Of a stretch of 64,000 nt of DNA, positions 28,720 through 38,569 are shown piece after piece. Within the stretch, counting starts at the first letter, position 1. Every line of letters starts with the position of its first letter. A program made the translations under genes and the position numbers. Origin of the DNA: Candidatus Woesebacteria bacterium UBA1430 (GTDB lineage Bacteria > Patescibacteriota > Microgenomatia > UBA8517); contig DCTW01000005.1 in the NCBI GenBank assembly GCA_002329465.1, forward strand, positions 4,131 to 68,130. The letters are read 5' to 3'. The notes beneath the pieces were generated by a model. It worked only from the letters and a program-made list of their open reading frames with translations. It was not told where the DNA came from and did no database searches.

Positions 28720-29140
28720 TGATTTTTACCCCCATGCTCCGTGCAGTTCCGGCGACAATTCGCTTCGCCGCTTCAACATCATCGGTATTCAAATCCGCCA
28801 TTTTTTCCCTTGCTATTTCATTAACTTGCGAATCATTTAAAGTACCTACAATATCCCTGGGCGTTGCCCCGGACCCCTTTTCAATTTTTAATGCCTTTTT
28901 AATCATCTCGGAAACAGGAGCAAGCCTAAGCTCGAAATCAAAGCTTCTATCCTCATAAATAGTAATAACAGCCGGGACAACCTGGCCCTTTTTTTCCGCT
29001 GTTTTGTCATTATAAGCCTTGACAAAGTCCATAATAGCTACACCGTGTTGTCCCAAAATAGGCCCGAGCGGAGCAGCGGGCGTTGCTTCCCCGGCTTTCA
29101 GATTTACCTTAACTGTAGTTAAAACTTTCTTTGCAGCCAT
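28706..29140 (-). CDS. rplK: 50S ribosomal protein L11
   Basis: AGEATPAAPLGPILGQHG, GTARSMG. Confidence 0.97.
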   Translation of the reverse strand: MAAKKVLTTVKVNLKAGEATPAAPLGPILGQHGVAIMDFVKAYNDKTAEKKGQVVPAVITIYEDRSFDFELRLAPVSEMIKKALKIEKGSGATPRDIVGTLNDSQVNEIAREKMADLNTDDVEAAKRIVAGTARSMGVKINGKN

Positions 29141-29141
29141 A

Positions 29142-29176
29142 TTTAACCATTAACAATCAATCATTATCCATCAAAT
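29142..29176. repeat. Degenerate heptamer tandem repeat upstream of rplK
   Basis: tttaacc attaaca atcaatc attatcc atcaaat. Confidence 0.6.
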
Positions 29177-29244
29177 AGAGGTATTCATATTCTACTATTT
29201 ATTTGCCAAAAGTAAAGATTAGTATTATAAGATAAATATTAGAT

Positions 29245-29487
29245 ATGCCCGAACGAAGATGCATTCATGCTTGCGTTGCAAAAGGCGAGTGTAATCTAGC
29301 AGACGGTTGTGGATGTAATCTAAGGAGGTTGGTACAGGAGTATCCCGAAAACCAACTTGCCTACATACTGTCTGTTTTGGATAAGTACGCGCAAGGCTGC
29401 GAAGAAATTGACGAGCTTCGTCTGGACATTGAAAGGAGGCTTGACTATTTAAACGGCTCCGCCCCACCGGAAATATTTATTGGATAG
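29245..29487 (+). CDS. Small Cys-rich hypothetical protein
   Basis: CIHAC...EC...GCGC N-terminus followed by a helical segment. Confidence 0.5.
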   Translation: MPERRCIHACVAKGECNLADGCGCNLRRLVQEYPENQLAYILSVLDKYAQGCEEIDELRLDIERRLDYLNGSAPPEIFIG

Positions 29488-29496
29488 GCGTGTTTT

Positions 29497-30126
29497 TTAG
29501 TTACTTTCTTCAAAAGATTTCAAAATAGCAACAAGGTCTTGGGTCAGCGACTCTACCACATTTCTTCTTTCTGTTTTACTTAATTTTTTCCACCTCGAAT
29601 GAGAAGATGTCTTGTTTCCGGCATATCTGTCAATTCCAAAAAAATTTTCCTTGATTATATTTAAAGCATTATCTAGATGCGTAAAAACATCACTTTGTAC
29701 ATCGAAAGTAGGAGCAATCTCATGAAATAGTTTCAGAGCTGGATAAACTACAGCAATGCTGTTTCCTGTTAATTTATTTCTATTTAAGAAATTATTAACC
29801 CTCTCACTTGCGCCAGAACCATAAGTATTTTTCACCTCATCCAAAAGGTTTTGTTTTCTTATAGCCCTTTTGGCATGGCTTTTATATGAATCTTCAATTA
29901 TTGGTAAATTAACATATTCTTCCATGGCCGAGAGTATGTTGCCAACAAATTCTCGATCTTTCTCGTTGGTCACGGCAGATAAGTCATACTCCTCCGTTAA
30001 GCCATAATCTTTTGGCGGAATTATTTTTATCGAATATCCGGACTTTTCGATTATTCCCAAAATATCAGAATCGCTTAACTCTAGGCCTTCTCTTGGGTTA
30101 AATCCCTCAATATCTTCATAATTCAT
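29497..30126 (-). CDS. Hypothetical protein
   Basis: 209-aa ORF divergent from 30160; TATAAT boxes in the short gap. Confidence 0.65.
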   Translation of the reverse strand: MNYEDIEGFNPREGLELSDSDILGIIEKSGYSIKIIPPKDYGLTEEYDLSAVTNEKDREFVGNILSAMEEYVNLPIIEDSYKSHAKRAIRKQNLLDEVKNTYGSGASERVNNFLNRNKLTGNSIAVVYPALKLFHEIAPTFDVQSDVFTHLDNALNIIKENFFGIDRYAGNKTSSHSRWKKLSKTERRNVVESLTQDLVAILKSFEESN

Positions 30127-30159
30127 AAATGGATAAATTTATTATATAATAAATTTTCT

Positions 30160-30933
30160 ATGACCGAAGAGAGCGGTGAGCATCAAGATCCATATGATAT
30201 TAATCGTTTTCTTGATACATTTCTCACAGTTTATGAAGGACATCAAAACGAGCAGGGAACTTTATCTAGAGAAGATAGACCCAGGGAAGTAGCAGCAAAA
30301 GTTAGTTCGGTTGGTACAAAAGCCTACTCTTTAATAAATAGAGATCATGCGCCGGAAGAAATAATTCGCGACTTTGCAGACAAAGCACTGGGTAGAATAA
30401 TTGCAAAATATCCACAGGAAGCAGACCGGATTGCAAAAGCAGTAGGCGAAAATAAATATATTAGTCCTTATTCAAATGAAATTAATAAATATGCAGTAGA
30501 TGTAATAAATAGCCTGACCAGAAAGCAACTTGAAGATTTTACAGACGTTGAACTTGTAAATCTGGTCAGAATTGGTGGCGACAGAAATTCTGTTGTTGAA
30601 AAAATGAGAAAACTTCCTTACAAGGAAGGCTTCAGGCTTCGACTGGCTCAATCTTTGGTTTTTGGCGCGGGAGAAGTAGAGGATTTTCAAAAAATGTCTC
30701 ATGTTATAGGCACAACCTGGGCTGGCATTATTCAACGTCTTGATTATCCGTCTAAACAGGAAGAAAAAATAAAATTAGATGAAGCAAGGTCTCTTATGGA
30801 TCAATCTGTCGTTTTCATAAAAGAAAATTTGCCCGGAATAAGCGAAGAAGACTTAAGAGAATATTTTTATTCTGATCGCACACCCGATGCTATCCAAAAG
30901 CTTATTGAACACACCGGCTTCTCACTGGAATAA
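30160..30933 (+). CDS. Hypothetical protein (helical)
   Basis: 257-aa ORF; TATAAT about 10 nt upstream. Confidence 0.65.
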   Translation: MTEESGEHQDPYDINRFLDTFLTVYEGHQNEQGTLSREDRPREVAAKVSSVGTKAYSLINRDHAPEEIIRDFADKALGRIIAKYPQEADRIAKAVGENKYISPYSNEINKYAVDVINSLTRKQLEDFTDVELVNLVRIGGDRNSVVEKMRKLPYKEGFRLRLAQSLVFGAGEVEDFQKMSHVIGTTWAGIIQRLDYPSKQEEKIKLDEARSLMDQSVVFIKENLPGISEEDLREYFYSDRTPDAIQKLIEHTGFSLE

Positions 30934-30962
30934 TTTGCCTTTCCAAGTAGATTTGTAAGTTT

Positions 30963-31586
30963 TTAAACCTTCGTCACCTGAAGAAAATCAAGTTCAACCG
31001 GGGTCTCTCTTCCAAAAATAGAAACAAGCACTTTTACCTTTCCTTTTTCCTCATCAACCTCGTTTATTGTTCCAAGAAAATCGCTAAAAGGCCCATCCGT
31101 AATTTTAACGGCTTCTCCGACGGATAGCTTTGTCTTAAACCTGGGAGCAGGAGATGAAATAAACTTTTGGATATTTGAAACCTCGCTTTCCGAAAGGGGA
31201 GTCGGCTGGTTTCCGATTCCCACAAATCCCGTTATTCCGGGAGTTGTCCTCACGGCAAGCCAGCTATTATCATCCAATATCATTTTTACAAGCAAATACC
31301 CCGGGAAAATTTTTTCCTTAATATTTGCCTTTTTGCCTCCCCTTACTATCACCCTGTCTTGAGTAGGCACAAGAAGTTCAAAAATCCGCTCTTTTAAATT
31401 CATAGACTCAACTCTCTGCCTCAAAGTTTCGGCAACTCTTACTTCATGTCCGCTTGCGGTGTGAACAACATACCACTTGGCATTTTCGTCCGAAGTTTTG
31501 CTAACTACAATATGCCCGGGAATTTTTTTCTTTCCCGTGCCTTTTTCGTAAACGCTTTCTTCTTTTTTATTCTGATCTGTATCCAT
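30963..31586 (-). CDS. nusG: Transcription termination/antitermination factor NusG
   Basis: [21 protein letters not shown] motif [17 protein letters not shown]. Confidence 0.97.
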   Translation of the reverse strand: MDTDQNKKEESVYEKGTGKKKIPGHIVVSKTSDENAKWYVVHTASGHEVRVAETLRQRVESMNLKERIFELLVPTQDRVIVRGGKKANIKEKIFPGYLLVKMILDDNSWLAVRTTPGITGFVGIGNQPTPLSESEVSNIQKFISSPAPRFKTKLSVGEAVKITDGPFSDFLGTINEVDEEKGKVKVLVSIFGRETPVELDFLQVTKV

Positions 31587-31591
31587 GTATC

Positions 31592-31777
31592 TTATTTTGC
31601 AATTATTAGCTCAACCAATTTTGTAAAGGCTATATCAAGCCCGCCAAGATATGCGCCCACAATAGCTGAAATCAAAAAAACTACAGCAGTAAGCCTAACC
31701 ACCTCATCCTTTTTTGGCCAATCAACTCTGTCAAGCTCACCCTTAACTTCCTTTAAATAGCCAATTACTGCTTTCAC
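31592..31777 (-). CDS. secE: Preprotein translocase subunit SecE
   Basis: EL.RVDWP.K.E, one TM helix, upstream of nusG. Confidence 0.93.
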   Translation of the reverse strand: MKAVIGYLKEVKGELDRVDWPKKDEVVRLTAVVFLISAIVGAYLGGLDIAFTKLVELIIAK

Positions 31778-31855
31778 AGTTAGCTATTTTATAACATTTA
31801 AGTAAAAATCACAACAAAAAGGGCGTAGAACAAATAAGGTATAATATATCAAAAT

Positions 31856-32275
31856 ATGTCTAGTAAAGCAGAGAGGCTGCGTCGAGCAAAGTCTGCTGTT
31901 AGCCAGGCAGAAAGAAAAAGGAAAGCAAATTCAATCGACACAAATAGCGATGAGTATAAAAAAATATATACTCATTTTATTCCTATTGTCTTTAATTTAG
32001 ACGTAAGCTCTGCGGATCAGGCAGATTATTGGACAAATCTTGAGCCCGATAACCCCATGACGCTTCAGACCGCTTGTTTGCGAATGAAGATTAATGGAGT
32101 AACACACGAAGATTTAGCAAGACACATTGTTTTGACAAACCCAAAAATAATGGCAGCTTTAGCTTTAGGCGGTTTAACAGATCCTCAAGTAAGAAGCGTA
32201 ATAGAAACACTTGCTAACGCAATTTTTGAGCATTATCCTCAAAACTACAAGGATGGATGGGAAAAGAAAGGGTAA
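31856..32275 (+). CDS. Hypothetical protein
   Basis: 139-aa ORF; TATAAT upstream; overlaps the rnhB start. Confidence 0.6.
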   Translation: MSSKAERLRRAKSAVSQAERKRKANSIDTNSDEYKKIYTHFIPIVFNLDVSSADQADYWTNLEPDNPMTLQTACLRMKINGVTHEDLARHIVLTNPKIMAALALGGLTDPQVRSVIETLANAIFEHYPQNYKDGWEKKG

Positions 32276-32915
32276 AGGCCTGCCCGACTTTAGCTACGAA
32301 TCAAAATTTTGGGAAAAAGGGCTTTTAGTTGGGGGAGCGGATGAGGTAGGTAGAGGCGCTCTCGCAGGCCCTGTAATGGCAGGATTTGTAGTATTTAAGC
32401 CAAAAACAAAGCTCGAAGTGGAAATTAACGACTCAAAGCTTCTTTCTCCGCGAAAAAGGGAAGAAGCAAGTCTCTGGATAAAACAAAACGCTCTTTTGTG
32501 GGCGATAGGAGAGTCCGATGTTAATACAATAAACCAAAAAGGCATTGTAAAAGCCACCCAAAAAGCTTTTCGCCGCGCCATTAGCCATCAATCATCAATC
32601 ATTAACCATTTACTTCTTGATGCCTTTTATGTTCCTTATATCAATGGAATAGGCAAAAAAAATCAAACCCCAATCGTTAAAGGGGATCAAAAGGCTATTT
32701 CAATCGCCGCCGCATCAATAATTGCAAAAGTTGAAAGGGATGCAATAATGACATTTCTTTCAAAACAAAAAACGCTAAAAATCTATGCATGGGACAAAAA
32801 TAAAGGCTACGGCACCAAAGCCCACAAAGAAGCAATCATTCGCTTTGGTCCATCAAAAGAGCATAGAAAACTCTTTATCAGTTCTTTCTTTTCTCAAGCT
32901 CAATCTGAAATCTGA
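32253..32915 (+). CDS. rnhB: Ribonuclease HII
   Basis: GADEVGRGALAGPV, INDSKLL, KGD...SIAAASIIAKV.RD, KGYGT..H. Confidence 0.96.
   Translation: MDGKRKGKGLPDFSYESKFWEKGLLVGGADEVGRGALAGPVMAGFVVFKPKTKLEVEINDSKLLSPRKREEASLWIKQNALLWAIGESDVNTINQKGIVKATQKAFRRAISHQSSIINHLLLDAFYVPYINGIGKKNQTPIVKGDQKAISIAAASIIAKVERDAIMTFLSKQKTLKIYAWDKNKGYGTKAHKEAIIRFGPSKEHRKLFISSFFSQAQSEI
32580..32610. repeat. Heptamer tandem repeat inside rnhB
   Basis: attagcc atcaatc atcaatc attaacc att, read in frame as ISHQSSIINH. Confidence 0.7.
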
Positions 32916-33069
32916 CTCTCTTTTTTCTTTCGGCACGCTCCTCGGATTTTTTCTTGTATCTTTCCCGGTCTCTAAACTCTGGGATAATCCCGGAAGATAT
33001 TACCTTTTTTCGAAACCTCGCAATTAATTTTTCGTCTGATTCCCCCTTTTTCTTTTTGACGACGACCAT
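32878..33069 (-). CDS. rpsU: 30S ribosomal protein S21
   Basis: VKKKKGESDEKLIARFRKKV...RERYKKKSE; AAGGAGG upstream. Confidence 0.88.
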   Translation of the reverse strand: MVVVKKKKGESDEKLIARFRKKVISSGIIPEFRDRERYKKKSEERAERKKRVRFQIELEKRKN

Positions 33070-33229
33070 TTATAATTTCGCCTCCTTTCATCAAAGCAAT
33101 AAAATTATCTTTCATAAAGCCATCACCTAAAGCCAATTTTAGCAAATTATACTTCAAAAATCATTCCCTAAATTAATTTTCTTGCTTTCCAAAATTATTT
33201 TGGTATATGATTAATCTAGTCCTATATGT

Positions 33230-33943
33230 ATGGCAAATTTTAAAAAGATTAAGCCGCATTATCTTCTGGGTGTATTTTTAATTTTCTTTTTTGTCATTTC
33301 TTTAGCTATAGCCTTAGTTTTAGTACAAAAATCAAAAGAAACATCTGAATCAAAAGCGGCTGCAACAGCAACTCTAAGTATTGCTCCACAAACATCTGTG
33401 CTTTCTCAAAATCAAAACCAGGAATATAAAATAATGCTTAATTCCTCGGTCCAAAACGAAAAAATATTTTTTGTGCGTGTTGACATCGAATTTGATAAAA
33501 ACGCACTCAATTTAGTTAGTATAACTCCTTCGGAAAATTTTGTAATTCCTCAAAAAACCAGCGGAGAAAGCCTGGTTAGTACTCCGGCAGAAGCCAACTC
33601 AAGTGGCAAGTTTTATGCCGTTTTTGTTGTGCCTTCTGATAAATTCTCAAGCGCTCCATTGGGGAATTTCGAAGTGGCAAGCTTTACACTTAAAGGCGTT
33701 GCTTCTACTAATTCAAGCAGCATTTCATTCATCACAAATTCTATGCAGGTAGTAAGCCTTAATAGCGACCCAAATCAAAGAAATCTTATTATCTCACCTC
33801 AAAACGCTTCGGTTACCGTAGGCTCGGGAGCCTCGAGTAGTCCGTCGCCCGATGATGCCAGAGCGGATATTAACAGCGACGGTATAGTAAATTTACTTGA
33901 TTATATAATCCTTTTGGAAAATTTTGGGAAACGTTTTAACTAA
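33230..33943 (+). CDS. Membrane-anchored cohesin plus dockerin-like protein
   Basis: N-terminal TM; cohesin-like beta sandwich; C-terminal ADINSDGIVNLLDY. Confidence 0.8.
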   Translation: MANFKKIKPHYLLGVFLIFFFVISLAIALVLVQKSKETSESKAAATATLSIAPQTSVLSQNQNQEYKIMLNSSVQNEKIFFVRVDIEFDKNALNLVSITPSENFVIPQKTSGESLVSTPAEANSSGKFYAVFVVPSDKFSSAPLGNFEVASFTLKGVASTNSSSISFITNSMQVVSLNSDPNQRNLIISPQNASVTVGSGASSSPSPDDARADINSDGIVNLLDYIILLENFGKRFN

Positions 33944-33944
33944 T

Positions 33945-35123
33945 ATGAAAATTGGAAATAAAGCTCTTTTCATAATTTTTACTCTATTTATTCTTTTAGG
34001 AATTGCCTCAGCGGTTTTCTTAAGTCAAAAAACCCAAATAACCACCAAAAAAACCGCCCCTGCAACACAGCTTTCTTTGGTAGGTGACAAAGCAGCCAGG
34101 CTAAGCGAAGAATATAATCTCTCCGTAAATATGGAAACAGGCGAAAACAATGTAGTGGGAGCCGAGCTATATATTGATTATGACCCGGAATTTCTTGAGC
34201 CTACTGCGGTTTCAAAAGGAGCTTTTATGCAGTCCGCCGATGTAATAGGCCCAAGAATCGAATCGGGGGAGATCTTTTATACACTTATAGTAAAGCCAAA
34301 CGACACACCTGTTACTGGAAGTGGAACTATAGCCCAAATTACTTTTAAGACCCTAAAAACCGGAAACACAAATATTAGTCTAAACGAAGGGAAAACACTG
34401 GCAGTAGCAGTAGGGGAAGGAAGTGTTAATGTAATCACAAAATATTCACCTTTAAGCCTAAATATTTATAACACGTTTGTATCTTTGCGCTTAAGCCCCG
34501 ATAAATCCGGATACAATGTAGGTGACGAAGTTATAATTTATGCCTGGGTAAATAGTGGAGGAGTAGATTTGGTGGGGATCGAAATGTTTATAAAGTACGA
34601 TTCCAATATGCTTCGCTTTGAAAAAGCAGACGCGCTTGATTATTTCCAAAATCCGGATATTGTAGGTCCCAATGTTAACACTGAAGCGGGCACAATCCAC
34701 TATACACAAATTCTTCCTCCCGAAAATCACAACACAAAAGAGCAGGGGAACATTGCTGCCTTCACCTTCACGGCTCTAAAAAGCGGCCAGTCAAGCTTGT
34801 CGTTTATAAATCAGCAGACAATCGCAGTAGCCTATGGCCAAGGCCAGCAAAACGTGCTGAAAGAAGCCTTTCCGGCTGAAGTTTTCGTATCGGGCGCTAC
34901 GGCCTCGCCCGGTCCTTCATTGAGCCCGAGCCCGACTCCGGGCGGAGTTATTCCGGGCGATATAAATAGGGACGGCAAAGTAGATATCCTGGACTACACA
35001 CTTCTTCTTGAGTATTTTAGTAAAGAATCGTCAGCCTATCCCAATGCGGATCTGAATGCAGATGGCAAGATCAACCTTTTGGATTATATAGTACTTTTCG
35101 AAAATTTCGGCGCTTCTTCATAA
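33945..35123 (+). CDS. Membrane-anchored double-cohesin plus dockerin protein
   Basis: Two G.E..I.YD...L cohesin repeats; Pro/Ser linker; GDINRDGKVDILDY...ADLNADGKINLLDY. Confidence 0.85.
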   Translation: MKIGNKALFIIFTLFILLGIASAVFLSQKTQITTKKTAPATQLSLVGDKAARLSEEYNLSVNMETGENNVVGAELYIDYDPEFLEPTAVSKGAFMQSADVIGPRIESGEIFYTLIVKPNDTPVTGSGTIAQITFKTLKTGNTNISLNEGKTLAVAVGEGSVNVITKYSPLSLNIYNTFVSLRLSPDKSGYNVGDEVIIYAWVNSGGVDLVGIEMFIKYDSNMLRFEKADALDYFQNPDIVGPNVNTEAGTIHYTQILPPENHNTKEQGNIAAFTFTALKSGQSSLSFINQQTIAVAYGQGQQNVLKEAFPAEVFVSGATASPGPSLSPSPTPGGVIPGDINRDGKVDILDYTLLLEYFSKESSAYPNADLNADGKINLLDYIVLFENFGASS

Positions 35124-35654
35124 ATGCCAAAAATTCGGATAAAAATTTTTTTGATTGGAATAGCGATTATCGCATTGTCGATTTTTGTTTATTTTACTTT
35201 TTCTTCAAAAAACAATGATTCAGAAGATGGCTTTGATGCAGTTTTTAGCGGGCACGAAAAAGCTTGGCAAAAAGGGGAGATCAATTCGCTTACAATATCG
35301 CTCAAAGAGGGAGTCGGAAAAGACTCCTTTCTTCACGCAGTAGCATTTACCATAAGTTTTGATCCAGAAACGCTCGAGCCGATATCTGTCCATGAAGGCA
35401 CAATCTGGAGCAAAACAAACAAACTCGAAGAAAAGATAGATCATTCCCTCGGATTAATCAAAGTAAGCTACGGAATGGCTTTTGATGGAGAGATTGTTGA
35501 AGGTGCAAAAACGCTCGCTTCGTTCGAATTTAAAGTAATTGGTGATAAGAATGAAGTCGAGATAATTCCACTTGCAAAAAGTGCAGCGCGCATGGGCGAG
35601 CGCGATTACCTTTGGATAAATCTAAAACCGGCTATCCTAAAGATAAAACAATAA
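35124..35654 (+). CDS. Membrane-anchored cohesin-domain protein
   Basis: TM helix followed by FTISFDPETLE...LASFEFKV. Confidence 0.7.
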   Translation: MPKIRIKIFLIGIAIIALSIFVYFTFSSKNNDSEDGFDAVFSGHEKAWQKGEINSLTISLKEGVGKDSFLHAVAFTISFDPETLEPISVHEGTIWSKTNKLEEKIDHSLGLIKVSYGMAFDGEIVEGAKTLASFEFKVIGDKNEVEIIPLAKSAARMGERDYLWINLKPAILKIKQ

Positions 35655-35794
35655 CACCAAAAAGCATCACTAATGCACCTACAATCCTTTCTTTTAATTC
35701 TCGCTCTCCCAAAAATACGCTACCCATAATTATCGTAAATATCATACTTAGCTTAAAAACAGCTGTTGCATTGAAGTGTTATAATATTTCCATT

Positions 35795-36838
35795 ATGGGC
35801 GAAGATCCAGGAAGTCCCCGTGATCCGGAACGCCGATATGCGCGCGTCGATGCTACTCTAAATTACAGAAAAGAACTGGAAGAGAATCTAAACGTGGCTT
35901 ATCCGGAAATAACATGGGAAAATATTGACGATTTTAGAAACGGCAAGATCCCCTTCGGTTCAATTAATCTGAAAGAAAAAGATATAAAATTAATAGGCAA
36001 TGTTTTAACATCTGCACTAGAAAGAGCTTCAGATCCACAAGATGTCGCACACAGCACCCACGGTGCAGAGCACGATGTCTATCAAGAAACTTTATCTGTT
36101 TTAGCAGAACATATTGAAGAAGGACAATATTCGATTAGAAGGTCTCGCTCCTACATTAAAATAACCACAGATGCCGGAATCGAAAGAATTCCGATTGAAA
36201 GATTTGTTCTCGAGGGACAACAATTTTTAAGAACCACTTATCGTCCCGAAGCTATTGAAGAGGCGGAATCCTTAAAAAAAGAAAACGACCTTAAAAAAGT
36301 AAATAAAGAGCTAAGAAGAATATGTTTGAGCCGTGGCGTGCCTTACGGCATTCTCGTAGCTACTTATTTTGGATTTAGCCATGACAATATTTTCTCGTTT
36401 TTTGCTGAACCAAACTTTCAAAAAAGCTTAAAAGATGAACTTGGAGATAAAATCAAAATTCCTACACGCAATCGAAAACAAGATGCAAATATGCTTCGTC
36501 AGCTGTCAAACAATATAGTTGTTAGGACAGCAAGTGGCGAAATTTATCCCCAAAGATCAGCCGATGCGCACCAAAAAGGCCTAGAAACTCTTCTCCATTT
36601 CGGGTGGATAGAAAAAGATCAAGTTAGGAAACCGCCGTTATTAATGAAAGAAGTTGAAGACCTGGCTACCCCCAAGGCAATTCTCGTTGGGATGACAGAG
36701 GCGGCACAAAGAAGAGCCTCGAAATCGTATAAAGATCCAGACAAATCCGAATACATATTAGACGAATATTCTAATGTTTCGACAACGATGGTTGTCACGG
36801 CTTATCTGGAAATCCAACCGGTGGACAGTAACGCCTAG
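35795..36838 (+). CDS. Hypothetical protein
   Basis: ATG 35795 follows TGtTATAAT; 347 aa; no recognisable family. Confidence 0.7.
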   Translation: MGEDPGSPRDPERRYARVDATLNYRKELEENLNVAYPEITWENIDDFRNGKIPFGSINLKEKDIKLIGNVLTSALERASDPQDVAHSTHGAEHDVYQETLSVLAEHIEEGQYSIRRSRSYIKITTDAGIERIPIERFVLEGQQFLRTTYRPEAIEEAESLKKENDLKKVNKELRRICLSRGVPYGILVATYFGFSHDNIFSFFAEPNFQKSLKDELGDKIKIPTRNRKQDANMLRQLSNNIVVRTASGEIYPQRSADAHQKGLETLLHFGWIEKDQVRKPPLLMKEVEDLATPKAILVGMTEAAQRRASKSYKDPDKSEYILDEYSNVSTTMVVTAYLEIQPVDSNA

Positions 36839-37233
36839 TTAATTCCCTTAAACGCCTGTCGGGCAAGCCAGTTTGAAAAAGATATTGCAAAACCGCAAGC
36901 CAAAGCCCAAGTAAAACGAGAAACTCCAAATCCGCTTACATCAGCCGCTCTTGCGGTAAGCCAAACCCCGGCACCGGCCGCCAGCCAATAATAAAGAAAC
37001 ATCGCGTATCTGCCTTTTTTATTTAAATTAAAAGTCTTTGCCAACCCCTTTGCCATAAATAGAAGCACAGTTAAAAAAAATCCCGAAAATATTGCAGCGG
37101 ATGGGGTAGTAATATATTCATTCCCAAGCTCAAACATATCAGGAAACAGCGAGTCAGCAAGCGACAAAACAAGGGCATTAAGAGTCCAGTATCCGATAAA
37201 CTTTATACAAAATTTTTTATCCACTTTCCTCAC
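36835..37233 (-). CDS. Small 4-TM membrane protein
   Basis: Four hydrophobic segments; GTG start after AAGGGG. Confidence 0.7.
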   Translation of the reverse strand: MRKVDKKFCIKFIGYWTLNALVLSLADSLFPDMFELGNEYITTPSAAIFSGFFLTVLLFMAKGLAKTFNLNKKGRYAMFLYYWLAAGAGVWLTARAADVSGFGVSRFTWALACGFAISFSNWLARQAFKGIN

Positions 37234-37291
37234 CCCCTTGCTTAAAAAAACATTCCTACATTCAGAATAGAATTATCACAAGATTCCTGTC

Positions 37292-37360
37292 AAATTAGAA
37301 ACAATCTGGCACGAAACCAGCTCATTTGATGTTGAAAGATTGGGGTAATTTCTCAATCCA
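37292..37360 (+). repeat. Repeat B0 (degenerate copy of repeat B)
   Basis: Ungapped 22-codon match to B1: LETIWHETSSFDVERLG*FLNP vs LRTIWCELNTFEIGKIGQFVNP. Confidence 0.65.
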
Positions 37361-37919
37361 CTTTCTTCAATAAATTTAGCGTATTGATGAAAATTTCATC
37401 ACCATAAGCTATATCCTGAAATATCTCTGGATGAAATTGAAACCCGTATATTGATTTTGTTTTATGTTTTATCACTTCATAACCTGTTTCAGATTTAGCT
37501 AAACCATGAAGTTCTTCAGATAAAGTCTCTATTGCTATTTTATGGTTTTCATACGCGGTGAAAATTTTTGTTTCTCCAAAAATACCATCAGCATTAACAA
37601 CTTCTACATTGACAAGGCCTTTTTGTTTATCTGGTAAAGTTGAGAGTTTTGCCCCGAAGGCGTAGGAGACAATCTCAGCACCGAGGCAAACTCCTAAAAC
37701 TGGTTTGTTTGTTTTTTTAACCAGTTCTATTTCTTTCTGATAATCTTCTGGGTGTTCAGTAATGTAAGTATGATGACCCCCTGACAGGACTACTAAGTTG
37801 TAGTCGTCTTCGTTGAAATCGTATTTTGAACTTATCACTTTTACTTGCCCGAACTTAGTTAATAAAGATTCTAGATGGGGGAGATACGAAGTCTTATTGT
37901 CTATAAGAAGTATGTTCAT
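37353..37919 (-). CDS. Class I glutamine amidotransferase (stand-alone)
   Basis: LLIDN, VLSGG, PVLGVCLG, YGFQFHPE. Confidence 0.9.
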   Translation of the reverse strand: MNILLIDNKTSYLPHLESLLTKFGQVKVISSKYDFNEDDYNLVVLSGGHHTYITEHPEDYQKEIELVKKTNKPVLGVCLGAEIVSYAFGAKLSTLPDKQKGLVNVEVVNADGIFGETKIFTAYENHKIAIETLSEELHGLAKSETGYEVIKHKTKSIYGFQFHPEIFQDIAYGDEIFINTLNLLKKVD

Positions 37920-37974
37920 AAAATTAACTATATCAATTTAAGACTTAAAGCGAAATGCGATTTAGGGAAAGTGA

Positions 37975-38045
37975 CTTCAAAATTCAATCCTCCTCAGGGC
38001 TGAGGACAGTTTGATATAGTTTTGTGAGGCTACAAAAAATGCAGG
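37975..38045 (+). repeat. Repeat A1 (71 bp, ends AAATGCAGG)
   Basis: 56/71 identical, ungapped, to 40613-40683. Confidence 0.85.
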
Positions 38046-38093
38046 GGTTAGTAAACTTAGTCAGGAACTTCTATGTTAGTATAAATTATCTAA

Positions 38094-38414
38094 ATGTTAC
38101 TAAAGATAATTATTATCATAAATTTAGTTTGGCAGTCAGTTTTTCTAATAGGAGCAGTTGAGTCAATTAGTAAACTAAGCAAACTAGTGACTGGACACAC
38201 ATTCACTTTTGGTTATCTTTGGCTCACCTTGCTTTGGGGTTTTGGAGTGTCTGCAAACTTGCTTCTCTTAATTTATTTGCTGAAAACTAAGAAAAATATT
38301 GAGATAAAAAAACAAGTTATTATTGGTTTACTATTGGTAATGATACCAATCACTATTTCTTACATTATTGGGGGCTACTATCAACTAAACCTCATCAATA
38401 TTGTTTCGCAATAG
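38094..38414 (+). CDS. Hypothetical 3-TM membrane protein
   Basis: 106 aa, three hydrophobic segments. Confidence 0.6.
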   Translation: MLLKIIIIINLVWQSVFLIGAVESISKLSKLVTGHTFTFGYLWLTLLWGFGVSANLLLLIYLLKTKKNIEIKKQVIIGLLLVMIPITISYIIGGYYQLNLINIVSQ

Positions 38415-38437
38415 CCTAGGCTCTAATCGAGGTTAAA

Positions 38438-38548
38438 GTGCAGGCTTTGGTTGCCAGACTTCGAACAATTTGGTGTGAATTAAACACTTTTGAGATTGGG
38501 AAAATAGGCCAGTTTGTCAATCCAGAACCAGCTTTTAGTTTTAGTTGA
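38438..38548 (+). repeat. Repeat B1 (111 bp, begins GTGCAGGC)
   Basis: 93/111 identical to 39795-39905; open frame VQALVARLRTIWCELNTFEIGKIGQFVNPEPAFSFS*. Confidence 0.9.
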
Positions 38549-38569
38549 TTTCAAGTAAAATATCAGCAG

